This document shows, piece by piece, positions 12,287 to 21,438 of a stretch of 64,000 bases of DNA. Origin of the DNA: Tubulanus polymorphus (taxonomy: Eukaryota > Animalia > Nemertea). The DNA lies in contig NC_134031.1 of the NCBI RefSeq assembly GCF_964204645.1, positions 14,495,807 to 14,559,806 of the forward strand. The letters run 5' to 3'. The notes beneath the pieces were generated by a model that made no database searches, was not told the DNA's origin, and saw only the letters and a list, made by a program, of their open reading frames with translations. Position 1 is the first letter of the stretch. Every line of letters starts with the position of its first letter. Made by a program: the position numbers and the translations under genes.

Positions 12287-14437
12287 ATGGCCTCCACTTC
12301 GACTATCGAGAATTTGGGGCGTACTTTATCCAGAGAAGATTTTAATGCGGAAACGTTTGTTTGTAAGATCGCGAATAGTGGAGGTGAGGATGATCTGATC
12401 GATATACAGCGCACTGTGCAGCAGATAGCAGACGAGACCGCCCTCAATCTGAAAAAAAATGTCTACAAAAACTACACTCAGTTCATCGAAACGGCGAAAG
12501 AGATTTCGATTCTGGAGGGTGAGATGTATCAGTTGAGTCACATGTTATCGGAACAGAAACTGCTGCTGGATGAAATGAAGGAGATGTCGCTAGTAAGCGA
12601 CGAAGTCGATGCCCGACAGTCGGCCCCTGGGCTCGAAGACGAGTCGGATGGTAAACCGGGCGAGGGTGCCGCCGAGACCCGTCAGAACGTGGCGTCGTTA
12701 CTGGAGAACGTAGAGGGGTGTTCACGCGTAACTGAGGTCCCCGGTCGACTCCTCGTCCATCACGGGGATCTGATGGAACTCGACCCTGAAACGTTTTCCA
12801 ATATCGAACAAATTCACGTTTATTTACTTAATGATAGTTTATTGTTCGCTACGTTGTTACCGCACGGGATAGGACCAGTTAAATTCAAATTTCAAAATCT
12901 GTACGAGTTGGACAGCCTAGCGGTGGTTAACGCGCGGGATATCGGTCACGTTAAAAACGCGTTCAAGATTCTAATGTTTCCCGATACTCGCATGCTTAAA
13001 TGCGACTCTGCGAAAGAGAAACGATTCTGGTTGGAAATTCTGGAGGAAACGAAAAAAAAGAAATCAGCACTCGAATCGCGTAAACGAGAGTCGGTCGTCG
13101 ACTTGCGGGAACAACGTAAATCAGTCGTCGACCCGCGGGTCAATAACCGAAAATCGATCGTCGACTCGCGCGCCGCCGATCGGCGGACGGACGAACCGGA
13201 TTCGAGTCCGGCGTTATCGTCCGTCATTGATCTATCCCTGTTGCACGAGGACTGGGTTCGGGAAGTCCCCGAAGATTTAGACGTTTTCGTCGCTCAGCGA
13301 GATTTCGAAAGCGCCGTCGAAAAAATCGCCGAAATCAACGAACATTTGAAACGCGTTCCGAAATCGGTGGCGCTGACGGAATATCGAGCTCGCATCGATC
13401 ACCGCGTGAAACATCTAACGGACGCGCTCGTTCAGGAGTTACGGGTTTCCCCGGAGCGATCGATGAGGGGCGGTCCTCGTGCAGCTCGTCGCGCCGTTAC
13501 TCAACTGATTAAACTCGGTCAGTCGGCGCGAGCCTGTCGTCTCTTCCTGCTCAATCGCGAGGCGATCATCACGTATAATTTGAAGCAGTTGAAACTAGAG
13601 GGCGCTGTCACCGTGTTCGTGCGTAAATTATGCGAGGTTTTTTTCTCGAGTTTGATCGATACCGGGCGAGAGTTCGATAAAGCTTTCGAAGGTCACTACG
13701 GCTGTTACTCGGAGTTCGTAGTTTGGTGCGAGGGTCAGATACGAGGATTCGTCGCGATCTTCACCAGTCAGATCCTGCAACCCGACACGAGCGAGATCAA
13801 TAAGAGCGTGTCGCTAGGGGCGATCGCCGAGTGCGTGCGAGTCGCGCGTCGTCATAGCGACCGGTTGATCGAGCTCGGTTTAGAGTTGACGTACATTCTG
13901 AACGATCACCTGCGGGTGATCGCGGAGAAAGCGATCACGGAACATCGCGATCAGCTACTCGAGGCGGCGAAGCACCGCGCGGCGGACGACACGTGGCGTC
14001 CGGAGAATCTATCGACGCGGGACGACGTCGACGCGTATCTGACGGAGCTCTCCGAGTCCGGACTCGTTACCATACGAGATTACGTCGATTCCGATTGGCT
14101 GTCGCTGACGACCAATACGACGCAATTCAGTCGCGCATTTTTAATCTACGTCGATAATTTGTGTAAGATCTACACGGAGGAGTTGCACTGCGCGATCATC
14201 GACTCGCTCGCCGACGTCTTGAAATTTCAACTGAAACACGTCGAACGAGCGTTGACGACGCAACAATTCATTAAAGAGCACGCGTTCGTGCTTAGCAACG
14301 GAGGGTTCATCGTCGACGTCGTGTTGAGGCGAACCGAGGAGAAACTCAGCGCCTGTACTGGTAACCACAGTTACCAGTTTTATCAAATTCACGCCGCGTA
14401 TAAACGTATAAAACAAAACGCCGCTCAGAAAGTTTAA
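12287..14437 (+). CDS. EXOC8: Exocyst complex component 8 (Exo84), intronless, 716 aa
   Basis: N-terminal Vps51-like segment 'LKKNVYKNYTQFIETAKEISILEGEMYQLSHMLSEQK', a PH domain ('YLLNDSLL..LAVVNARD..KNAFKILMFPDTR') and Exo84 C-terminal motifs 'PEDLDVFVAQRDFESAV', 'SPERSMRGGPRAARRAVTQLIKLG'. Confidence 0.96.
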   Translation: MASTSTIENLGRTLSREDFNAETFVCKIANSGGEDDLIDIQRTVQQIADETALNLKKNVYKNYTQFIETAKEISILEGEMYQLSHMLSEQKLLLDEMKEMSLVSDEVDARQSAPGLEDESDGKPGEGAAETRQNVASLLENVEGCSRVTEVPGRLLVHHGDLMELDPETFSNIEQIHVYLLNDSLLFATLLPHGIGPVKFKFQNLYELDSLAVVNARDIGHVKNAFKILMFPDTRMLKCDSAKEKRFWLEILEETKKKKSALESRKRESVVDLREQRKSVVDPRVNNRKSIVDSRAADRRTDEPDSSPALSSVIDLSLLHEDWVREVPEDLDVFVAQRDFESAVEKIAEINEHLKRVPKSVALTEYRARIDHRVKHLTDALVQELRVSPERSMRGGPRAARRAVTQLIKLGQSARACRLFLLNREAIITYNLKQLKLEGAVTVFVRKLCEVFFSSLIDTGREFDKAFEGHYGCYSEFVVWCEGQIRGFVAIFTSQILQPDTSEINKSVSLGAIAECVRVARRHSDRLIELGLELTYILNDHLRVIAEKAITEHRDQLLEAAKHRAADDTWRPENLSTRDDVDAYLTELSESGLVTIRDYVDSDWLSLTTNTTQFSRAFLIYVDNLCKIYTEELHCAIIDSLADVLKFQLKHVERALTTQQFIKEHAFVLSNGGFIVDVVLRRTEEKLSACTGNHSYQFYQIHAAYKRIKQNAAQKV

Positions 14438-15131
14438 ACAGCGACATTTCGAGAGAAAAAAAGAAACAGTCGAAATCGTTAGAAATATCAAATATATGAA
14501 ATACATTCTAAACACCTTAAACTATTAATATTTCAATATTTCAAATCAATAATATTTGAATTTTTGAAAAATCCATTAAATTTAGCGTTTCTCATGTCAT
14601 TCTTACCAATATGTATTTAATGTTACTATTTGTTAAAACGTATGAAAACGATTTAATCAGCTTTTATTCTTCAACACAGCGCAGGATGATGATAATTCCG
14701 TAACGAAATGTTAATCGATGCTTTTGCAACATATGTTTATTGATTTCGACGTTAATAGTGCAATTTAATAGGATTAAATAAAAAATTATCCTATCGTTAA
14801 TCATTGTCGCTTTTCATTGTAATTTCTTGGACGGTGCTGTTTTTTTTAAATGAGATTTGGGGGAAAATTCTTGTTGATGAATGGAATTCTTTGACCCAAA
14901 ATATGGCGTTGAGACTTTCTACAGTGCTGCCTAGTACAGAGGGACGATATTGGACTGAACTTGTTAAGTGCAAAGTGTATATATTTGCTGTCACAATGCA
15001 ATACTTTTTTAAAAATAAACTGGTAGTATTCAGTCGCGCTTCGAACGAGCCTGTCAGACTCACTACTACTCAGACTCACTACTACTCTGAATGAGTGATC
15101 AGCAATTACTAGGTACGAACCTGGGACACCC

Positions 15132-15397
15132 TTAGTTACTTACCTAATCGTTGGTGGTAAGCTTTTTATTATCGGATGTGGTTTGTGAAAATATCCGATC
15201 GTGAAACTAAACCACAGACAGGTTACTGACTAATGTCTGTCTCAGTCCAGTTTGCCGCGGCATTTTTGTTAGGCAAAGGATATCAAATGTACACATTTTA
15301 ATTGGTACTGACAGCTGATAGGGACCCTCAGTAACCTGGTTGGTATAAGCCCATCCGATTATAAAAAGCTTACTACCAACGATTAGGTAACTAACTA
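15132..15397. mobile_element. Composite of two inverted TAG...CTA MITE copies flanked by 9-bp direct repeat GGGACACCC
   Basis: Forward copy 15132-15232 and reverse copy ~15328-15397 of the family also seen at 26356 and 31338. GGGACACCC lies at 15123-15131 and 15398-15406. Confidence 0.7.
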
Positions 15398-15713
15398 GGG
15401 ACACCCCAATTTCAACGTCGTAGGAAAAATACTCGTACAGTAAGCTTAAACCTTGCATAAGTCGGATCCGCAAAAGTCGGATAAACGGACAAGTCGTATA
15501 AATTCAGAGGTCCCGTTTTTTTCTTAATTTCAAGTACATTTCTGTCCCAAAGTCGGATTCTACTAATCGGAAACTCGCCTGTCGTAGTGTAAAGTGTGGT
15601 CCCAAAATGTAAAATCCATTCAAATTGTTGTCTCGAAGTCGGATCATTTATTAATGATGTATGAAATTACGCTATTCTTTCATTCAGATGTTAAAAATAG
15701 GCTTCATCATAAC

Positions 15714-15873
15714 CTGGGTTCGGTTTCATACACTGGTATCAAAGTTATCCCTAGGGATAACTCCTAAGTCTGGTTAACAACCACCACAGTAACAATGAGA
15801 AACCATGGCTATGACAAATTTCAAAATGTTCCCAGGGACTATTTTGCTTGCACATCTATGAAACCCAGCCCAG
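15714..15873. mobile_element. MITE (second copy at ~49728-49900) abutting the Polinton-like insertion
   Basis: 'tttcata.actggtatcaaagttatccctagggataact...acatctatgaaacccag.ccagg' is present at both loci. Confidence 0.7.
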
Positions 15874-16177
15874 GCATTAGTAATAGGGGTTTAGTTGTTC
15901 TAGATCAAAGGTCGAACGGTCGAGCTCGTAAAAATGAAAAACATGAAAATAATAACAATTTCTACTTGAATTAGTCGCGAAACTCATAAAAATGAACATA
16001 ATTTACATGAATTTCATATATTTTAAAAACATTTATATGTTAATTACAAAAGTGTGAGTAATAATTCATATTTTAACAGATTTCGAGTAAAAATATAAGT
16101 AAAATAAATGGACAACTAAAAGAGTATAAAAGTGTGAGTAAAGTGTGAGTGAAATAGTTTATATTTTAAACATATTT

Positions 16178-16550
16178 CAATATTTATATGTGTTAAATTC
16201 TTATTTTCAATATAAAAAGTAACGAGTAATTAACGAGTGAAATAATTCATGTTTAAATCATTGAATATTTATATTTATATGTGTTAAATTCTTATTTTCA
16301 ATATAAAAAGTAACGAGTAATTAACGAGTGAAATAATTTATATTTAAAACAGTGAATATTTATATTTATATGTGTTAAATTCTTATTTTCAGTATAAAAG
16401 TAACGAGTAATTAACGAGTGAAATAATTCATATTTAAAACAGTGAATATTTATATTTATATGTGTTAAATTCTTGATTTTTAATATAGAAAGTAACGAGT
16501 AATTAACGAGTGAAATAATTCATATTTTAAACATTGAATATTTATATTTG
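16178..16550 (+). repeat. Four ~91-bp subterminal tandem repeats (mirrored at ~20303-20675)
   Basis: GTAACGAGTAATTAACGAGTGAAATAATT starts at 16219, 16310, 16400 and 16492. Confidence 0.9.
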
Positions 16551-16551
16551 A

Positions 16552-17170
16552 ATGAGTTTTAATAAAAATTTTGTTATAAAAATGAGAGCCCAACTTTAAA
16601 ATCGAAATCAATGAAACCAATAAATCATTTTCACAGTTTAACATTAGAAATTATATTTCAGCGACAAATTTAGTGTCCGCCAGACATTATAAAATCGATA
16701 ACATAACTATGATTAATCAAATATTATCAAATGAAACATATTTAATTACTGAACTAGTAGATACTTTTGATAATGGCGTTAAAAATCCTAAAATGTTCAA
16801 GACAGTTTTAAATTTTAAAGGAATTTTAGATGAAAACATAATAAATATTCTTAAAACTCCTTTTAATAAAAGAGATAGTGATTTGATACTTTCAAAAGAT
16901 TATAATGATTTGATTAACTTAAGAATTGAAAAAAGACAATTATATTATTTCAATTTTGATAATAAACAAATTATCTATAATGAAAATTCATCAAATATTG
17001 GTATTCAATGTGAATTAGATAATGAAAAATCATTTAAAGATATTGTAGATAATGAAATTGTTGCGCCTAAATATAATCCTAATGAAAGCGTTTTATGTAA
17101 TTGTGGAAAATATTATACTCGAAGCAATAAATCACACCATCTTAAATCAAAATATCATAACACATATTAA
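16552..17170 (+). pseudogene. Frameshifted left-TIR copy of the 209-aa zinc-finger gene
   Basis: Same sequence as 19672-20301(-), but 'atgaagaaagaagaagagccc' is reduced to 'atgagagccc' (11-bp deletion; 619 vs 630 bp). The 165-aa GTG-start ORF in the track is only the remainder. Confidence 0.85.
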
Positions 17171-17264
17171 AGATAAAAACTAATAACATAACTGATGATT
17201 TAAAAACATTAAAACATCATTTTGATTTCAGTAACTATCCTAAAGATCATGAATTGTTTAGCAT

Positions 17265-17606
17265 GAAATGATAAATTGTTTGACAGTTGAAATGATAAAT
17301 TGTTTGGTAGTTGAAATGATAAATTGTTTGACAGTTGAAATGATAAATTGTTTGACAGTTGAAATGATAAATTGTTTGACAGTTGAAATGATAAATTGTT
17401 TGACAGTTGAAATGATAAATTGTTTGACAGTTGAAATGATAAATTGTTTGACAGTTGAAATGATAAATTGTTTGACAGTTGAAATGATAAATTGTTTGAC
17501 AGTTGAAATGATAAATTGTTTGACAGTTGAAATGATAAATTGTTTGACAGTTGAAATGATAAATTGTTAGACAGTTGAAATGATAAATTGTTAGACAGTT
17601 GAAATG
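17265..17606 (+). repeat. 24-bp tandem array (GAAATGATAAATTGTTTGACAGTT) x~14; inverted partner at 19273-19578
   Basis: Directly visible; it produces the (MINCLTVE)n ORFs in the track. Confidence 0.95.
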
Positions 17607-18575
17607 AGTTAGTTAATCAAAAATAGGGGTTTAAGTATTAATTGACTTGGATTCTTGTTAACCAATAGCGTGAATAGAAATCAAAAAGATTTAAATAAAA
17701 AAAACATAAGTTAAATAAGTTAGTATTAGATAAAGTAACTTATTGTTTTTTTATTTAAATCTTTTTGATTTCTATTCACGCTATTGGTTAACAAGAATTG
17801 ACTAGAATTCAAATAGATTTAACAAGAAATTCAATAACTTTAACTGTTAGTATCACTCTTGTATTATTTCATTGTTTCTCTTATTGAATAAGCCAACCAA
17901 CTAATATCACTCTTGTATTATCCTAGTCAAATGTAAAGAATTTACAATATCATATTTGAATGAATTAAAACATAAATTACTTCTGTGACTTCATTTTCAG
18001 AAATAAAGCATAATATGTATTTAATACATTAATACGTACTTAAGTACGTAGTTAAGTATGTACTAAATACCTTAATACTTAAACCCCTTTTTTTGATTAA
18101 CTAATATTTCATACAATATTTCATACATTTCAGCTAATTTAACAGTCTTATTCTTAATTTGTAATTTAGTTTATGAGTATACAATCTACACAATTTAATA
18201 CTTAAACAGTTAAACAATCTAGCGGATTCATTGTAATCCTCTTTTATTAATGATAAATGTAAATATATAATTGAATATGATTTATACTTTTCCAAATATT
18301 TATAATGTAATCTATTTTTTATTTTTATTAAGTGAAAACATATAATTTATTCATTTTTATAAAACTAAGTAAGACAGGTACGAGTAAGAATCCAAGAAAT
18401 CTTACTTTCTTGGCAAGAATCTTGGATTCTTACTTGTACGTCTAGTGCATAGATATATAAATTAGTTTTTATAAAAATTAAAAACATAAATTATTAATCT
18501 AAGTATAGAAATAGTTAAATTAGTTAGAAAATATAATCTATTTTTATATTTTCAACCAATTTAACAGTCTTATTC

Positions 18576-18881
18576 TCAATTTGAATTATGTAATTTTTCA
18601 TCAAGTTCATGAATATATTTATGATTTCTCAAACTCTTTTTATTTTTATATCTTTTATTACATATTTCACAGCATTTAATATTATTCAATCTATCTGAAA
18701 TATAATTTATGTTATCTTTCAATTCTGTATATCTTATTTTACAAGAATCATAAAATTCTAACAACTGTTTTATAGTATAAACTGAGAATGAAAATAAACC
18801 TGAAATCATAATAATTGATTTAGTATTTTGTTGATTTTTGTATATTAGATGTAATATTTCTAATACCTTATTTTCACTCAT
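18576..18881 (-). CDS. Element ORF, 101 aa: hydrophobic segment, coiled region and C-terminal C2H2 zinc finger
   Basis: Hydrophobic stretch 'IIMISGLFSFSVYTI'; canonical C2H2 finger 'CEICNKRYKNKKSLRNHKYIH'. An open frame with a canonical finger in such AT-rich DNA is unlikely by chance. Start context TATAAAAATG. Confidence 0.75.
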   Translation of the reverse strand: MSENKVLEILHLIYKNQQNTKSIIMISGLFSFSVYTIKQLLEFYDSCKIRYTELKDNINYISDRLNNIKCCEICNKRYKNKKSLRNHKYIHELDEKLHNSN

Positions 18882-18928
18882 TTTTATAGTTAAAATATAT
18901 AGAATAAATTAAATTAAAAGATGCTGTT

Positions 18929-19147
18929 TTAATCCTCTAATTCTTTTAAATCATTAACTTTTTTATTGTTATTTTTTCTGTGATTGTTTCCATTTAACTT
19001 CTTTAATTTCTTGCTCAATTTTATATTTTCATTAATCAAATCCTTACTGATATTTTCATAATAAAAGAAAAGTGCAGCCAATATTAATCCTCCTGCTACT
19101 GAATAATGTTTCAAATCACTTTTCCCAGTTGAGATGAAACCATTCAT
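18929..19147 (-). CDS. Element ORF, 72 aa: single predicted TM helix plus Lys/Asn-rich coiled tail
   Basis: Hydrophobic helix 'SVAGGLILAALFFYY', then a heptad-like 'LINENIKLSKKLKKL'. Start context TAAATG; head-to-tail with the 101-aa ORF. Confidence 0.6.
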   Translation of the reverse strand: MNGFISTGKSDLKHYSVAGGLILAALFFYYENISKDLINENIKLSKKLKKLNGNNHRKNNNKKVNDLKELED

Positions 19148-19272
19148 TTATTTAAGAGAAAAATTAAACAGTTTATAAAATATTTGCTAGTTTTTAATTA
19201 AATATTTTATAATCATTTTTAAAATATTAAACTTTTAAATGATTAAATCAAATAACAATCAAATTTACAGCC

Positions 19273-20985
19273 AAACAATTTAACATTTCAACAGTCTAAC
19301 AATTTAACATTTCAATAGTCAAACAATTTAACATTTTAACAGTCGAATAATTTAACATTTTAACAGTCAAACAATTTATCATTTCAACTGTCAAACAATT
19401 TATCATTTCAACTGCCAAACAATTTATCATTTCAACTGTCAAACAATTTATCATTTCAACTGTCAAACAATTTATCATTTCAACTGCCAAACAATTTATC
19501 ATTTCAACTGTCAAACAATTTATCATTTCAACTACCAAACAATTTATCATTTCAACTGTCAAACAATTTATCATTTCATGCTAAACAATTCATGATCTTT
19601 AGGATAGTTACTGAAATCAAAATGATGTTTTAATGTTTTTAAATCATCAGTTATGTTATTAGTTTTTATCTTTAATATGTGTTATGATATTTTGATTTAA
19701 GATGGTGTGATTTATTGCTTCGAGTATAATATTTTCCACAATTACATAAAACGCTTTCATTAGGATTATATTTAGGCGCAACAATTTCATTATCTACAAT
19801 ATCTTTAAATGATTTTTCATTATCTAATTCACATTGAATACCAATATTTGATGAATTTTCATTATAGATAATTTGTTTATTATCAAAATTGAAATAATAT
19901 AATTGTCTTTTTTCAATTCTTAAGTTAATCAAATCATTATAATCTTTTGAAAGTATCAAATCACTATCTCTTTTATTAAAAGGAGTTTTAAGAATATTTA
20001 TTATGTTTTCATCTAAAATTCCTTTAAAATTTAAAACTGTATTGAACATTTTAGGATTTTTAACGCCATTATCAAAAGTATCTACTAGTTCAGTAATTAA
20101 ATATGTTTCATTTGATAATATTTGATTAATCATAGTTATGTTATCGATTTTATAATGTCTGGCGGACACTAAATTTGTCGCTGAAATATAATTTCTAATG
20201 TTAAACTGTGAAAATGATTTATTGGTTTCATTGATTTCGATTTTAAAGTTGGGCTCTTCTTCTTTCTTCATTTTTATAACAAAATTTTTATCAAAACTCA
20301 TTCAAATATAAATATTCAATGTTTTAAATATGAATTATTTCACTCGTTAATTACTCGTTACTTTCTATATTAAAAATCAAGAATTTAACACATATAAATA
20401 TAAATATTCACTGTTTTAAATATGAATTATTTCACTCGTTAATTACTCGTTACTTTTATACTGAAAATAAGAATTTAACACATATAAATATAAATATTCA
20501 CTGTTTTAAATATAAATTATTTCACTCGTTAATTACTCGTTACTTTTTATATTAAAAATAAGAATTTAACACATATAAATATAAATATTCAATGATTTAA
20601 ACGTGAATTATTTCACTCGTTAATTACTCGTTACTTTTTATATTGAAAATAAGAATTTAACACATATAAATATTGAAATATGTTTAAAATATAAACTATT
20701 TCACTCACACTTTACTCACACTTTTATACTCTTTTAGTTGTCCATTTATTTTACTTATATTTTTACTCGAAATCTGTTAAAATATGAATTATTACTCACA
20801 CTTTACTCACACTTTTGTAATTAACATATAATTGATTTTAAAATATATGAAATTCATGTAAATTATGTTCATTTTTATGAGCTTCGCGACTAATTCAAGT
20901 AGAAATTGTTATTATTTTCATGTTTTTCATTTTTACGAGCTCGGCCGTTAGACCTTTGATCTAGAACAACTAAACCCCTATTACT
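19273..20985 (-). repeat. Right terminal inverted repeat
   Basis: Mirror of 15879-17606. Confidence 0.93.
19672..20301 (-). CDS. Element ORF in the right TIR, 209 aa (199 aa from the second Met at 20271), with C-terminal CxCG...H-x5-H zinc finger
   Basis: Intact 630-bp ORF ending 'ESVLCNCGKYYTRSNKSHHLKSKYH', a finger type common in large-DNA-virus and polinton-like-virus proteins. The N-terminal domain is not recognised. Confidence 0.8.
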   Translation of the reverse strand: MSFDKNFVIKMKKEEEPNFKIEINETNKSFSQFNIRNYISATNLVSARHYKIDNITMINQILSNETYLITELVDTFDNGVKNPKMFNTVLNFKGILDENIINILKTPFNKRDSDLILSKDYNDLINLRIEKRQLYYFNFDNKQIIYNENSSNIGIQCELDNEKSFKDIVDNEIVAPKYNPNESVLCNCGKYYTRSNKSHHLKSKYHNTY

Positions 20986-21149
20986 GGCATTACCAACTAT
21001 TTCGGTCATAATAGTGTAATATCTGACCGCTGCACGGACTGCCATTGATCTGTTTTCAATTGTTGCGGACCTAGTAGCGTAGCAACAATGGTCCGTTATT
21101 TTTCAAAATGGAGTGATTGTTTTTTTAGAAAGAATGTGACTTAAAAATA

Positions 21150-21438
21150 CGGAAGCCCCTAGGTGACATATGAGATAATTTTTTTCATAATTTCGACTTA
21201 TTAAGTCGAATTTCGACATAATAAGTCGAATTTCGTGTTAATTAAGTCGAATTTCGACTTAATAAGTCGAAATTCGACATGAAAATAAAACTCGAAATTC
21301 GACTTAATTAACTCGAAATTCGACTTATTATGTCGAAATTCGACTTATTATGTCGAAATTCGACTTATTATGTCGAAATTCGACTTAATAAGTCGAAATT
21401 GTGAAAAAGTCTTCTCGTATGTCACCTAGGGGCTTCCG
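21150..21438. mobile_element. Complete MITE with TA TSD and 21-bp palindromic subrepeats
   Basis: TA|CGGAAGCCCCTAGGTGACATA...TATGTCACCTAGGGGCTTCCG|TA. Confidence 0.85.

Larger units (their letters stand above)
15879..17606 (+). repeat. Left terminal inverted repeat
   Basis: Reverse complement of ~19273-20985, with only a few substitutions and small indels up to the 24-bp array. Confidence 0.93.
15879..20985. mobile_element. Non-autonomous Polinton/Maverick-like element, 5107 bp, ~1.7-kb TIRs, 6-bp TSD
   Basis: GGCATT|AGTAATAGGGGTTTAGTTGTTCTAGATCAAAGGTC ... GACCTTTGATCTAGAACAACTAAACCCCTATTACT|GGCATT (TSDs at 15873-15878 and 20986-20991). AG...CT ends, long TIRs and 6-bp TSDs are Polinton hallmarks. 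Far more AT-rich than its flanks. Confidence 0.85.

Noticed and set aside
15751-15761. TAGGGATAAC resembling half an I-SceI site
   Set aside because: It is part of the palindrome GTTATCCCTAGGGATAAC in a repeated MITE (also at ~49760); the full 18-bp site is absent.
17268-17570. (MINCLTVE)n ORF and its mirror 19296-19574 as repeat proteins
   Set aside because: These are translations of a stop-free 24-bp DNA array with no unique sequence, and stops arise by single substitutions. Treated as non-coding unless expression data say otherwise.
17265-17606. CRISPR-like array
   Set aside because: The units are contiguous with no unique spacers, there are no cas genes, and the context is eukaryotic. 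The same applies to the 21-bp arrays at 10975-11170 and 21190-21400.
15879-20985. Assembly artefact or organellar/contaminant insertion
   Set aside because: The exact flanking TSD, small differences between arms, a unique core and a diverged related relic at 25087 all argue for a genuine integrated element; no organellar genes are present.
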